Assembly: GCF_001457595.1 (NCBI RefSeq)
Contig: NZ_LN831039.1
Coordinates: 1,560,001 to 1,592,000 of the forward strand
Length of the DNA stretch: 32,000 nt
Reading direction: 5' to 3'
Source: Mycolicibacterium smegmatis
GTDB taxonomy: Bacteria > Actinomycetota > Actinomycetes > Mycobacteriales > Mycobacteriaceae
Part shown: positions 10,175 through 20,021 of the stretch, in pieces
How the letters are laid out: every line of letters starts with the position of its first letter
Position numbering within the stretch: the first letter of the stretch is position 1
The notes under the pieces: generated by a model
The model's input: the letters and a program-made list of their open reading frames with translations, nothing else
Database searches by the model: none
What the model was told of the DNA's origin: nothing
Made by a program: the position numbers and the translations under genes

Positions 10175-11074
10175 TCAGCCGGGTGCCATCAGGTACGGGT
10201 TGTCGTTCACGACCTCGTTGAGGAATTGGGCGACTGCGCGCACCCGGCCGACCTGACGTAGCTCGCGGGGTATCACCATCCAGTAGCGGCGCCGTACCGA
10301 GAATTCGTGCGGCAGCACGCATGTCAGCTCCGGATCGGATTCGGCGATGTACTGCGGCAACGGCGCGATGCCCAGGCCGCCGCGCGCCGCGAGCCAGTGG
10401 CCGGTGATGTTGTTGGTCTGGATCGCCACGCGCTGCTTGTGAGGTAACAAACCCAGGATCCGCAACGGGGCCACGTCGAGCAGGGCGTCGATGTACCAGA
10501 TCAGGGTGTGGCGGGCCAGGTCTGCGAGTTCGTCGATCGGCGGTGCGTCGTCGAGATATCCGGGCGTCGCGTACAACCGCAGGTCGTAGCCCGCGAGGGC
10601 CTGCACCAGGACGCCGCGCGACGGCGGTTCCTCCAGGGTGACCGCGATGTCGAAATGCCGCGCGGACAATGACCGGTGCTCGGTCGCGGTCGCCATCTCG
10701 ATGTCGAGGTGGGGATGGCGGCGTCGCAGGTCGGCCAGACGCGGAGCCAGCACGAACGCACCGAAGCCGTCGGTGGTCGCGACGCTCACCGTCCCGGTCA
10801 GGGGGCCGGCCGACGTCCGCGTCTCGTAGGCCGCGATGACGGCCGACTCGACCGTCTCGGCCCGTGGAAACAGATCCGCCCCGGCCTCGGTCAACTGCCA
10901 GCCGCCCGGAGATCTGTCGAAAAGCCTTTCGCCGATCGATTTTTCGAGTGCGGTGATGCGCCTGCCCACGGTCGTGTGGTCGACGCCGAGGTTGCGCGCG
11001 GCATCGTTGAGCCGCCCGGTCCGTGCGACCTCCAGGAAGTACCGCAGGTTGTCGGCACTGAACATCGTCGACAT
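10175..11074 (-). CDS. LysR-family transcriptional regulator
   Basis: MSTMFSADNLRYFLEVARTGRLNDAARNLGVDHTTVGRRITALEKSIGERLFDRS wHTH plus LysR effector-binding domain. Start trimmed from the ORF-track start at 11302. Confidence 0.92.
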   Translation of the reverse strand: MSTMFSADNLRYFLEVARTGRLNDAARNLGVDHTTVGRRITALEKSIGERLFDRSPGGWQLTEAGADLFPRAETVESAVIAAYETRTSAGPLTGTVSVATTDGFGAFVLAPRLADLRRRHPHLDIEMATATEHRSLSARHFDIAVTLEEPPSRGVLVQALAGYDLRLYATPGYLDDAPPIDELADLARHTLIWYIDALLDVAPLRILGLLPHKQRVAIQTNNITGHWLAARGGLGIAPLPQYIAESDPELTCVLPHEFSVRRRYWMVIPRELRQVGRVRAVAQFLNEVVNDNPYLMAPG

Positions 11075-11192
11075 GGGCGCACACCTTACCTGCAAATCTG
11101 CACGAGCGCGTGCGGGAATGGCTGTTGACGGGTGCACAAATGAGCCGAGAGCATGGGGGCACCGCACGAAACCCCGACCCGAGGACGATCCC

Positions 11193-12350
11193 ATGGTGAC
11201 CAACATCGCGCTTCCGCGTTTCGCGAAAATCGGTGCAGGAGCAGCAGATACGCTCGGCGAGGTCATCGCCGACCTCGGCATCTCGCGGCCCGTGCTGGTC
11301 ACCGACCGCTACCTCGTCGAGACCGGGCAGGCCGAACGGCTGGCCAAGACGCTGCACGCCGCGGGCAGCACGGCCGCCGTGTTCTCCGACACCGTGCCGG
11401 ACCCGACGGTGGAGTCCCTTTCCGCCGGACTGGAACTCGTTCGCGCCCACCGAGCCGACGGCATCATCGGGTTCGGCGGAGGCAGACCGATGGACACCGC
11501 GAAAGCGCTCGCGGTGCTCTCGGCCAACGGTGGCGACATCGCCTCCTACAAGGCACCCAGCAGCTACACCGGGCCGGCGCTGCCCATCGTGGCCGTACCC
11601 ACCACCGCTGGAAGCGGTTCGGAAGCAACGCAGTTCACGGTGATCACCGACGGCGAGACCGACGAGAAGATGCTGTGCCCTGGGCTGTCGTTCCTGCCGA
11701 TCGCGATCGTGGTGGATTACGAACTGACGGTGTCGATGCCCGCCCGTCTCACCGCCGACACCGGTGTCGACGCCCTCACGCACGCCATCGAGGCCTACGT
11801 CAGCAGGCGCGCCGGCGGATTCTCGGATGCGCTGGCGCTCGCGGCGATGCAGTCGATCTCGAAGCATCTGCGGCGTGCCTACGTCGACGGCGACGACCGC
11901 GAGGCGCGCGAGGCGATGATGCTCGCGTCGACGCAGGCGGGCATGGCGTTCTCCAACTCCTCCGTGGCACTCGTGCACGGCATGAGCCGGCCGATCGGCG
12001 GTCACTTCCACGTCGCGCACGGTCTGTCCAATGCGATGCTGCTGCCTGCCGTCACCCGGTTCTCGGTCGAGTCGGCGATCGGGCGGTACGCCGACTGCGC
12101 CCGCGCGATGGGGATCGTCGGCGCGGCTGTCGCGGACCGCGATGCGGCAAGTGAGCTCGTCACCGAACTCGAGCGGCTGTGCGCGGACGTGGAGGTGCCC
12201 ACCCCGCGCTCGTACGGCATCGACGAGAAGGATTGGGAGGCCAGGCTTCCCACCATAGCCGAGCAGGCACTGGCGTCAGGCTCGCCGCAGAACAATCCGC
12301 GGGTGCCCACGCACGACGAGATCGTCGCGCTCTACCGCGAGATCTATTGA
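11193..12350 (+). CDS. Iron-containing alcohol dehydrogenase
   Basis: MVTNIALPRFAKIGAGAADTLGEVIADLG; GFGGGRPMDTAKALAV; PTTAGSGSEAT; GMSRPIGGHFHVAHGLSNAMLLP signature of Fe-ADH family. Start trimmed from ORF-track start 10836. Confidence 0.92.
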   Translation: MVTNIALPRFAKIGAGAADTLGEVIADLGISRPVLVTDRYLVETGQAERLAKTLHAAGSTAAVFSDTVPDPTVESLSAGLELVRAHRADGIIGFGGGRPMDTAKALAVLSANGGDIASYKAPSSYTGPALPIVAVPTTAGSGSEATQFTVITDGETDEKMLCPGLSFLPIAIVVDYELTVSMPARLTADTGVDALTHAIEAYVSRRAGGFSDALALAAMQSISKHLRRAYVDGDDREAREAMMLASTQAGMAFSNSSVALVHGMSRPIGGHFHVAHGLSNAMLLPAVTRFSVESAIGRYADCARAMGIVGAAVADRDAASELVTELERLCADVEVPTPRSYGIDEKDWEARLPTIAEQALASGSPQNNPRVPTHDEIVALYREIY

Positions 12351-12354
12351 GGGA

Positions 12355-12765
12355 CTATCCCTTGCTGACGGAGTTGCCGCTGCCGGTGTTGTTGATCTTG
12401 GGGTCCCCGTCGCGGTAGGTGATGGTGTTGTTGAGGCCGACGACCGTGAGGTCCTTGTCGATCTTCTCGAACGTGATCTTGTTGTCGGAGCCGCCGATGT
12501 TGACGTTGGCGCACGTGCCCTTGACGGTCAGCGTGTTGTTGGCCCCGCCCACGGTCAGGGACTTGCCGTCGGCGCAGTCGATGTCGGCGGTGGTGCCGAC
12601 CGACATGTAGTTGATGGTGTTGCCGATCTCGACGTTGACACCGGACGATCCGGCCGTCGCCGAAGGCGTGTTGGTGTCAGAGCTTTCCGAACCGCAGGCC
12701 GCGAGACCCAGGACCGCGACCGCTGCCGCGGTGGTGCCGAGGATCCGGGTGGTGTGCGCACGCAT
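12355..12765 (-). CDS. DUF3060-like lipoprotein
   Basis: Signal peptide with lipobox LAAC (MRAHTTRILGTTAAAVAVLGLAAC), then repetitive NNTLTVKGTCANVNIGGSDNKITFE / VVGLNNTITY pattern typical of DUF3060. Confidence 0.82.
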   Translation of the reverse strand: MRAHTTRILGTTAAAVAVLGLAACGSESSDTNTPSATAGSSGVNVEIGNTINYMSVGTTADIDCADGKSLTVGGANNTLTVKGTCANVNIGGSDNKITFEKIDKDLTVVGLNNTITYRDGDPKINNTGSGNSVSKG

Positions 12766-12795
12766 GAGCTTCTCTGCTTTCTCCGTCGGATCGCC

Positions 12796-13173
12796 TCAGG
12801 CGGGAACGCGGTCGATGACGTTGGTCATCTGCAGTTCCCGGCCGCGGTCGATCACGGCGGGCTGTCCGTTCTTGTAGAACACCGTCTGGTCGTAGCCGTA
12901 CACCGTGATGTCGTTGATGACGTTCTCGGCGACGACGACGTTCGACGACCCCTGCACCGTGACGGCCCAGCAGGTTCCCATCGCGTTGATGTGGTTACCC
13001 GTGCCGGTCACGAACAGGGTGGCGTTGTTGCAGTCCAGCGTCCGCTCCACGCCCTGTCCGGTGATGTGGGTGTCGCCGTTCTTCGCGCCGGCCGTGGGCA
13101 GCCCGACGGCCAGGGCCATCGGCAGGGCGATGACGCAGGACACGGCGATTCGGCCAACGGCGATCCAATGCAC
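12796..13173 (-). CDS. DUF3060-like secreted protein
   Basis: GTG start at 13173 preceded by GGAGGAAACACC; signal peptide VHWIAVGRIAVSCVIALPMALAVGLPTAGA; TLDCNNATLFVTGTGNHINAMGTCWAVTVQGSSNVVVAENVINDITVYGYDQTVFY. The longer ORF to 14034 is spurious upstream of this start. Confidence 0.78.
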   Translation of the reverse strand: MHWIAVGRIAVSCVIALPMALAVGLPTAGAKNGDTHITGQGVERTLDCNNATLFVTGTGNHINAMGTCWAVTVQGSSNVVVAENVINDITVYGYDQTVFYKNGQPAVIDRGRELQMTNVIDRVPA

Positions 13174-13353
13174 GGTGTTTCCTCCATCCGCTCCAGACCA
13201 GAAGTCTGCTGCAACGAAGAGTACGTGGCCGTCACAGGAACCCGGCAGCGGTTGGGCAGTTCCCCCGCGAGTCCCGCCACCCCCGGGCCGGGTTGGACGC
13301 CGCGTGAGGCGAAGGGTCGCGGGGATCGGCGGTGCTCGGTAGCGTGATGAGCG

Positions 13354-13935
13354 ATGTGCCGGCGTGTTGTTGAGGCTGCTGCCGTCGCGGTCACAGCCGT
13401 TGTGACCGCTGCGGCGTGTTCGCACACCGTCACCGGGACGGCGCAGCGCGCCCAGTCCGACCCAGCGGACCCCAATCGCAGCTACGGATATGTCGACGAC
13501 CGTTGCGGCCTCCTCGTCGACAGCACGGTCCAGGAGATCCTCGGCGCCGACAACGTCGTCCGCCCCTACAGCGGCGCGGTGTGCCAGTACGTGCTCTCCC
13601 GCAAGACCCAGCCCGAGCCCGGACCCGATGAAGGTCAGGAGTCGGGGGCCGGGCCCGCGATGATCGACGTCGTGTTCTCCTGGTTCGAAACCGGAACCCT
13701 GCAGCGTGAACGTGAGGTGGCCGAGCAGCGCGAGGCGACCATCACCGACACCGTGATCGAGCGGCAGCAGGCGTTCCTGGCCCGGCGTGACGTGACCGGC
13801 GCGGCCTGTTCGGCGACCGCGGCCGCCGGGTCCGGAGTGCTCAGCTGGTGGGTGCAGTTCCGCGGCAAGCAGGACGGTGATCCGTGCAAGGACGCCGAGA
13901 AGCTCCTGTCGCGGACCCTGCAGTCGGAACTGTAG
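13354..13935 (+). CDS. DUF3558-like lipoprotein
   Basis: N-terminal lipobox (TAAAC) followed by DDRCGLLVDSTVQEILG...AVCQYVL...SWWVQFRG, typical of DUF3558 proteins. Confidence 0.82.
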   Translation: MCRRVVEAAAVAVTAVVTAAACSHTVTGTAQRAQSDPADPNRSYGYVDDRCGLLVDSTVQEILGADNVVRPYSGAVCQYVLSRKTQPEPGPDEGQESGAGPAMIDVVFSWFETGTLQREREVAEQREATITDTVIERQQAFLARRDVTGAACSATAAAGSGVLSWWVQFRGKQDGDPCKDAEKLLSRTLQSEL

Positions 13936-13937
13936 AC

Positions 13938-14459
13938 ATGCGTCGCCAGGTCCGTCTGGCGGCCGCAGTGGCCGCATTCCCGGTGCTGATCGCAGCGTGC
14001 GGCACGCACGACCCGGCGCCGGCCGAACAGTCACCCACCGCGGCCCCGGGTTTTCGCGGGGTCGACTGCAACGGCGTCACCGACGCCGACATCGACAAGG
14101 CCGTCGGATCCGGCATGTTCGAGAAAGCGGTGGTCAGCGACACGGGATGCTTCTGGCAGGAGAACACCATGCTCGGCACGTTCGGGGCAGGCATGGGCAT
14201 CTCGACGTGGTGGTACCGGGGCAGCGACATGGACACCGAGCGCACCCTGGAACAGAACGCCGGACGCACCCTGACCGAACTGTCGCTCGACGGCAACAAG
14301 GGCTTCAAGGCGGCCGACACCAACGTCTGCAGCATCTACGTGGCTAAGGGCGGCGACGTCATCACCTGGTCGATCCAGACGATGAACCCCGCGGCGCTGC
14401 CCGACCTGTGCACCGTGATCGAGCAGTTGGCGCAGCTGAGTCAGGACCGGGTGAACTGA
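13938..14459 (+). CDS. DUF3558-like lipoprotein
   Basis: MRRQVRLAAAVAAFPVLIAACGTHDPAP lipobox IAAC; GVDCNGVTDADIDKAVG...CFWQENT...WYRGSDMDTER; starts 3 bp after the preceding stop. Confidence 0.82.
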   Translation: MRRQVRLAAAVAAFPVLIAACGTHDPAPAEQSPTAAPGFRGVDCNGVTDADIDKAVGSGMFEKAVVSDTGCFWQENTMLGTFGAGMGISTWWYRGSDMDTERTLEQNAGRTLTELSLDGNKGFKAADTNVCSIYVAKGGDVITWSIQTMNPAALPDLCTVIEQLAQLSQDRVN

Positions 14460-14579
14460 TCCGCCGCGCGCGCCACACCGTCACACCAACCGCCAGGGGC
14501 TAGAGTTTCACGGCGACCCGAAACCGGTGCCGCCCGGACGACAGGTCCGGGAAGAAAGCCAGAAGAGAAGGTAGTGCGC

Positions 14580-15200
14580 ATGTCCGTTCGGCCGGAACCC
14601 TCCTCGGGGAGCCGCCGCGGCCACGTGCGCGCGACCCGGACCACTCGCCTGAGCCGCGACACCATCGTCAACGCCGCACTGACGTTCCTCGACCGCGAGG
14701 GCTGGGACGCGCTGACCATCAACGCACTGGCCAACCAGCTCGGCACCAAGGGCCCGTCGCTGTACAACCACGTGCACAGCCTCGATGATCTGCGCCGCAC
14801 CGTACGGATGCGCGTGATCGACGACATCATCTCGATGCTCAACCGGGTGGGGGAGGGCCGCACGCGCGACGACGCCGTGATCGCCATGGCCAGCGCCTAC
14901 CGCAGTTACGCACATCACCATCCCGGGCGGTACTCGGCGTTCACCCGGATGCCGTTCGGTGACGACGACCCCGAGTACTCGGCGGCCACCAAGGCGGCCG
15001 CGGCACCGGTCATCGAGGTGCTCGCGTCGTTCGGGCTCGAAGGTGAGCAGGCCTTCTACGCTGCGCTGGAGTTCTGGTCAGCCCTGCACGGCTTCGTGTT
15101 GCTGGAGATGACGGGCGTCATGGACGACGTCGACACCGACGCGGTTTTCACCGATATGCTGCTGCGCCTGGCCTCCGGGATGGAGCGTCGCGAAGCGTAG
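14580..15200 (+). CDS. TetR-family transcriptional regulator
   Basis: TRLSRDTIVNAALTFLDREGWDALTINALANQLGTKGPSLYNHVHSLDDLRR HTH plus TetR C-terminal ligand domain. ATG at 14580 has better RBS spacing (AGAGAAGG) than GTG at 14574. Confidence 0.9.
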   Translation: MSVRPEPSSGSRRGHVRATRTTRLSRDTIVNAALTFLDREGWDALTINALANQLGTKGPSLYNHVHSLDDLRRTVRMRVIDDIISMLNRVGEGRTRDDAVIAMASAYRSYAHHHPGRYSAFTRMPFGDDDPEYSAATKAAAAPVIEVLASFGLEGEQAFYAALEFWSALHGFVLLEMTGVMDDVDTDAVFTDMLLRLASGMERREA

Positions 15201-15246
15201 GGTGGACCTCACTGTCTGACCTGCGATTAGACCGCCGTGCACGAGT

Positions 15247-15276
15247 TTGTTTCGTCGCGGTCGGCCCTGGTATTGT
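15247..15276 (+). promoter_or_regulatory. Candidate sigma-A type promoter for the rpsL operon
   Basis: TTGTTT (15247-15252), 18-nt spacer, TATTGT (15271-15276), about 200 nt upstream of the rpsL ATG. Pattern only. Confidence 0.5.
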
Positions 15277-15483
15277 GGTGGATCGTGCCTGGCCCGAAAG
15301 GCGCCTGCGGCTGATCCTGTACGCAAGCGTGCCCGCACGCCGGGCCAATTCGCATGTCTATCACGCATCGGTCCGAACCGATGCGGACGCGTGCGACACG
15401 CCCGGACGCGGGGGACGCAGACGGGTGAAAACAGCAGTACAGAGACTTAAGAACAAGAGAAGCAACACAGAGAAAGCCGGTAC

Positions 15484-15858
15484 ATGCCAACCATTCAGCA
15501 GCTGGTCCGCAAGGGCCGCCGCGACAAGATCGCCAAGGTGAAGACCGCGGCCCTCAAGGGCAGCCCGCAGCGTCGCGGCGTGTGCACGCGCGTTTACACC
15601 ACCACTCCGAAGAAGCCGAACTCGGCGCTCCGGAAGGTCGCGCGCGTGAAGCTGACCAGCCAGGTTGAGGTGACCGCTTACATCCCGGGTGAAGGCCACA
15701 ACCTTCAGGAGCACTCGATGGTGCTGGTGCGTGGCGGTCGTGTGAAGGACCTGCCCGGTGTCCGTTACAAGATCATCCGCGGTTCGCTCGACACCCAGGG
15801 TGTGAAGAACCGCAAGCAGGCCCGCAGCCGCTATGGCGCGAAGAAGGAGAAGAGCTAA
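15484..15858 (+). CDS. rpsL: 30S ribosomal protein S12
   Basis: [57 protein letters not shown], full-length S12 sequence. Confidence 0.99.
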
Positions 15859-16328
15859 TGCCGCGCAAGGGACCCGCGCCGAAGCGTCCGTTGGTCAACG
15901 ACCCCGTCTACGGCTCGCAGCTGGTCACCCAGCTCGTGAACAAGGTCCTGCTCGAGGGCAAGAAATCGCTGGCTGAGCGCATCGTGTACGGCGCGCTCGA
16001 GCAGGCCCGCGAGAAGACCGGCACCGATCCGGTCGTCACCCTGAAGCGCGCACTCGACAACGTCAAGCCTGCCCTCGAGGTCCGTAGCCGCCGCGTCGGT
16101 GGCGCGACCTACCAGGTCCCGGTCGAGGTGCGGCCCGATCGTTCCACCACGCTGGCGCTGCGCTGGCTGGTGAACTTCTCCCGTCAGCGTCGTGAGAAGA
16201 CCATGGTCGAGCGTCTGGCCAACGAGATCCTCGATGCCAGCAACGGCCTCGGCGCCTCCGTCAAGCGGCGTGAGGACACCCACAAGATGGCCGAGGCGAA
16301 CCGGGCCTTCGCGCACTACCGCTGGTGA
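15858..16328 (+). CDS. rpsG: 30S ribosomal protein S7
   Basis: [44 protein letters not shown]...; overlaps rpsL stop (TAATG). Confidence 0.99.
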
Positions 16329-16398
16329 TAGCCGCCGGCGAGCAGTGTTGCCGCCGGCGCAATGACCACACATCTACGAAGCGAGAGAGAAGACTTCT

Positions 16399-18504
16399 GT
16401 GGCACAGAAGGACGTGCTTACCGACCTGAACAAGGTCCGCAACATCGGCATCATGGCGCACATCGATGCCGGCAAGACCACGACGACCGAGCGCATCCTG
16501 TACTACACCGGCGTCAACTACAAGATCGGTGAGACGCACGACGGTGCCTCCACGACCGACTGGATGGAGCAGGAGCAGGAGCGTGGTATCACCATCACCT
16601 CCGCGGCTGTGACCTGCTTCTGGAACAACAACCAGATCAACATCATCGACACCCCGGGCCACGTCGACTTCACCGTCGAGGTGGAGCGCTCGCTGCGCGT
16701 GCTCGATGGTGCGGTCGCCGTGTTCGACGGCAAAGAAGGCGTGGAGCCGCAGTCCGAGCAGGTGTGGCGGCAGGCCGACAAGTACGACGTGCCGCGTATC
16801 TGCTTCGTCAACAAGATGGACAAGCTCGGCGCGGACTTCTACTTCACCGTGCGCACCATCGAGGAGCGCCTCGGTGCCAAGCCGCTGGTGATCCAGCTGC
16901 CGATCGGTGCCGAGAACGACTTCATCGGCATCATCGACCTGGTCGAGATGAAGGCCAAGGTGTGGCGCGGCGAGACCGCCCTCGGTGAGAAGTACGAGGT
17001 CGAGGACATCCCCGCGGACCTCGCCGACAAGGCCGAGGAGTACCGCACCAAGCTGCTCGAGACCGTCGCCGAGAGCGACGAGGCACTGCTGGAGAAGTAC
17101 TTCGGTGGCGAGGAGCTCTCGGTCGACGAGATCAAGGGCGCGATCCGCAAGCTGACGGTCAACAGCGAGCTGTACCCGGTGCTGTGCGGCAGCGCGTTCA
17201 AGAACAAGGGCGTGCAGCCCATGCTCGACGCGGTCATCGACTACCTGCCGTCGCCGCTGGACGTCGAGTCCGTGCAGGGTCACGTGCCCGGCAAGGAAGA
17301 CGAGGTCATCAGCCGCAAGCCGTCGGTCGACGAGCCCTTCTCGGCGCTGGCGTTCAAGATCGCGGTGCACCCGTTCTTCGGCAAGCTGACCTACGTCCGC
17401 GTGTACTCCGGTGTCGTGGAATCCGGTTCCCAGGTGGTCAACTCGACCAAGGGCAAGAAGGAGCGGCTGGGCAAGCTGTTCCAGATGCACGCCAACAAGG
17501 AGAACCCGGTCGAACGGGCCTCCGCCGGCCACATCTACGCCGTGATCGGTCTGAAGGACACCACCACCGGCGACACGCTGTGCGATCCGAACGAGCAGGT
17601 CGTGCTCGAGTCGATGACCTTCCCGGATCCGGTCATCGAGGTGGCCATCGAGCCCAAGACCAAGAGTGACCAGGAGAAGCTGGGCACCGCGATCCAGAAG
17701 CTCGCCGAAGAGGACCCGACCTTCAAGGTGCACCTGGACCAGGAGACCGGCCAGACCGTCATCGGCGGCATGGGCGAGCTGCACCTGGACATCCTCGTGG
17801 ACCGCATGCGTCGCGAGTTCAAGGTCGAGGCCAACGTCGGCAAGCCGCAGGTGGCCTACCGCGAGACGATCAAGCGCAAGGTCGAGAAGGTCGAGTACAC
17901 CCACAAGAAGCAGACGGGTGGCTCGGGCCAGTTCGCGAAGGTGCTCATCGATCTGGAGCCGTTCGTCGGCGAGGACGGTGCCACCTACGAGTTCGAGAAC
18001 AAGGTCACCGGTGGCCGCATCCCGCGCGAGTACATCCCCTCGGTGGACGCGGGCGCCCAGGACGCCATGCAGTACGGCGTGCTCGCCGGCTACCCGCTGG
18101 TGAACCTGAAGGTGACGCTGCTCGACGGCGCCTACCACGAGGTCGACTCCTCGGAAATGGCGTTCAAAGTTGCGGGTTCACAGGCGTTGAAGAAGGCCGC
18201 TCAGGCGGCTCAGCCGGTGATCCTGGAGCCGATCATGGCGGTCGAGGTGACCACACCCGAGGACTACATGGGTGAAGTGATCGGTGACCTGAACTCCCGC
18301 CGTGGTCAGATCCAGGCCATGGAGGAGCGCAGCGGTGCGCGCGTCGTCAAGGCGCAGGTGCCGCTGTCGGAGATGTTCGGCTACGTCGGCGACCTCCGGT
18401 CGAAGACGCAGGGCCGGGCGAACTACTCCATGGTGTTCGACTCGTACGCCGAAGTCCCGGCGAACGTGTCGAAGGAGATCATCGCGAAGGCGACTGGCCA
18501 GTAA
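16399..18504 (+). CDS. fusA: Elongation factor G
   Basis: GTG start; [58 protein letters not shown]; complete 701-aa EF-G. Confidence 0.99.
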   Translation: MAQKDVLTDLNKVRNIGIMAHIDAGKTTTTERILYYTGVNYKIGETHDGASTTDWMEQEQERGITITSAAVTCFWNNNQINIIDTPGHVDFTVEVERSLRVLDGAVAVFDGKEGVEPQSEQVWRQADKYDVPRICFVNKMDKLGADFYFTVRTIEERLGAKPLVIQLPIGAENDFIGIIDLVEMKAKVWRGETALGEKYEVEDIPADLADKAEEYRTKLLETVAESDEALLEKYFGGEELSVDEIKGAIRKLTVNSELYPVLCGSAFKNKGVQPMLDAVIDYLPSPLDVESVQGHVPGKEDEVISRKPSVDEPFSALAFKIAVHPFFGKLTYVRVYSGVVESGSQVVNSTKGKKERLGKLFQMHANKENPVERASAGHIYAVIGLKDTTTGDTLCDPNEQVVLESMTFPDPVIEVAIEPKTKSDQEKLGTAIQKLAEEDPTFKVHLDQETGQTVIGGMGELHLDILVDRMRREFKVEANVGKPQVAYRETIKRKVEKVEYTHKKQTGGSGQFAKVLIDLEPFVGEDGATYEFENKVTGGRIPREYIPSVDAGAQDAMQYGVLAGYPLVNLKVTLLDGAYHEVDSSEMAFKVAGSQALKKAAQAAQPVILEPIMAVEVTTPEDYMGEVIGDLNSRRGQIQAMEERSGARVVKAQVPLSEMFGYVGDLRSKTQGRANYSMVFDSYAEVPANVSKEIIAKATGQ

Positions 18505-18593
18505 TCTGGCCCGTCGGCCCAGCGAGACCGCACAACTGAACACATCAACATCTGCTTTAACCAAAGCACCAACAAGTCCAGGAGGACACAACA

Positions 18594-19784
18594 GTGGCGA
18601 AGGCGAAGTTCGAGCGGACGAAGCCGCACGTCAACATCGGGACCATCGGTCACGTTGACCACGGCAAGACCACGCTGACCGCGGCTATCACCAAGGTTCT
18701 GCACGACAAGTTCCCCGATTTGAACGAATCGCGCGCATTCGACCAGATCGACAATGCGCCTGAAGAGCGTCAGCGCGGTATCACCATCAACATCTCCCAC
18801 GTGGAGTACCAGACCGACAAGCGTCACTACGCACACGTCGACGCCCCCGGTCACGCTGACTACATCAAGAACATGATCACCGGTGCCGCCCAGATGGACG
18901 GCGCGATCCTGGTGGTCGCCGCCACTGACGGCCCGATGCCGCAGACCCGCGAGCACGTGCTGCTGGCCCGCCAGGTGGGTGTGCCCTACATCCTGGTCGC
19001 GCTGAACAAGTCGGACGCGGTGGACGACGAGGAGCTCATCGAGCTCGTCGAGATGGAGGTCCGCGAACTGCTGGCCGCCCAGGACTTCGACGAGGAGGCC
19101 CCCGTGGTCCGCGTCTCGGCGCTCAAGGCGCTCGAGGGCGATCCCAAGTGGGTCAAGTCGGTCGAGGAGCTCATGGAGGCCGTCGACGCGTCCATCCCGG
19201 ATCCGGTCCGCGAGACCGACAAGCCGTTCCTGATGCCCGTTGAGGACGTCTTCACGATCACCGGTCGTGGCACCGTCGTCACCGGCCGTGTCGAGCGCGG
19301 TGTGATCAACGTGAACGAGGAAGTCGAGATCGTCGGCATCCGCCCGGAGACCACCAAGACCACGGTCACCGGTGTCGAGATGTTCCGCAAGCTGCTCGAC
19401 CAGGGCCAGGCCGGTGACAACGTCGGTCTGCTGCTCCGCGGCATCAAGCGCGAGGACGTCGAGCGTGGCCAGGTTGTGGTCAAGCCCGGCACCACCACCC
19501 CGCACACCGAGTTCGAGGGCCAGGTCTACATCCTGTCCAAGGACGAGGGTGGCCGCCACACGCCGTTCTTCAACAACTACCGTCCGCAGTTCTACTTCCG
19601 CACCACGGACGTGACCGGCGTTGTGACCCTGCCCGAGGGCACCGAGATGGTGATGCCCGGTGACAACACCGACATCTCCGTCAAGCTGATCCAGCCCGTC
19701 GCCATGGACGAGGGCCTGCGCTTCGCGATCCGCGAGGGCGGCCGTACCGTCGGCGCCGGCCGCGTCACCAAGATCATCAAGTGA
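18594..19784 (+). CDS. tuf: Elongation factor Tu
   Basis: GTG start after GGAGGACACAACA; [43 protein letters not shown]; 396 aa, ends VTKIIK. Confidence 0.99.
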
Positions 19785-19803
19785 TCTAGGTTCAGCCAAA
19801 ACG

Positions 19804-19843
19804 AGCGGCGCTCACCCGAAAGGGTGGGCGCCGCTTGCTTTTT
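19804..19843 (+). terminator. Rho-independent terminator of the str operon
   Basis: AGCGGCGCTCACCC-GAAA-GGGTGGGCGCCGCT, a 14-bp stem with one T-G wobble and a GAAA tetraloop, followed by a T-rich tract (TGCTTTTTC); begins ~20 bp after the tuf stop. Confidence 0.9.
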
Positions 19844-20021
19844 CGGCAACGCGTCGCCGAACGCCCTTGCCGAGCGTGCGGTTTCATACGCGACGCGCCG
19901 CGTCGTGCGGATGACGTCGCACGCTCGACGCCGGTGCAGCACATCCGGTGCGATTTCGCGCCATCGGCCGATGGCGACTATTGTCGTGACTAACGAATTT
20001 TCCGAGAAGTTGAGGTAGTGC

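Noticed and set aside
10011-12020. 669-aa minus ORF over LysR and Fe-ADH
   Set aside because: Overlaps two clear genes in other frames; Arg/Pro-rich low-information translation.
12796-14034. Full 412-aa form of the second DUF3060-like ORF
   Set aside because: The upstream ~287 codons are antisense to the DUF3558-like gene and Arg/His-rich. A GTG at 13173 with GGAGG and a signal peptide is a much better start.
15247-15450. 67-aa ORF in the rpsL leader
   Set aside because: Its TTG start coincides with the candidate -35 box, so it would not be on the transcript; a leader peptide is not supported.
16261-18138. 625-aa ORF antisense to fusA
   Set aside because: Exact mirror of a highly conserved EF-G gene in GC-rich DNA; low-complexity His/Val/Asp-rich translation and no family motifs.
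18423-19799. 458-aa ORF antisense to tuf
   Set aside because: Shadow ORF created by codon bias on the opposite strand of EF-Tu.
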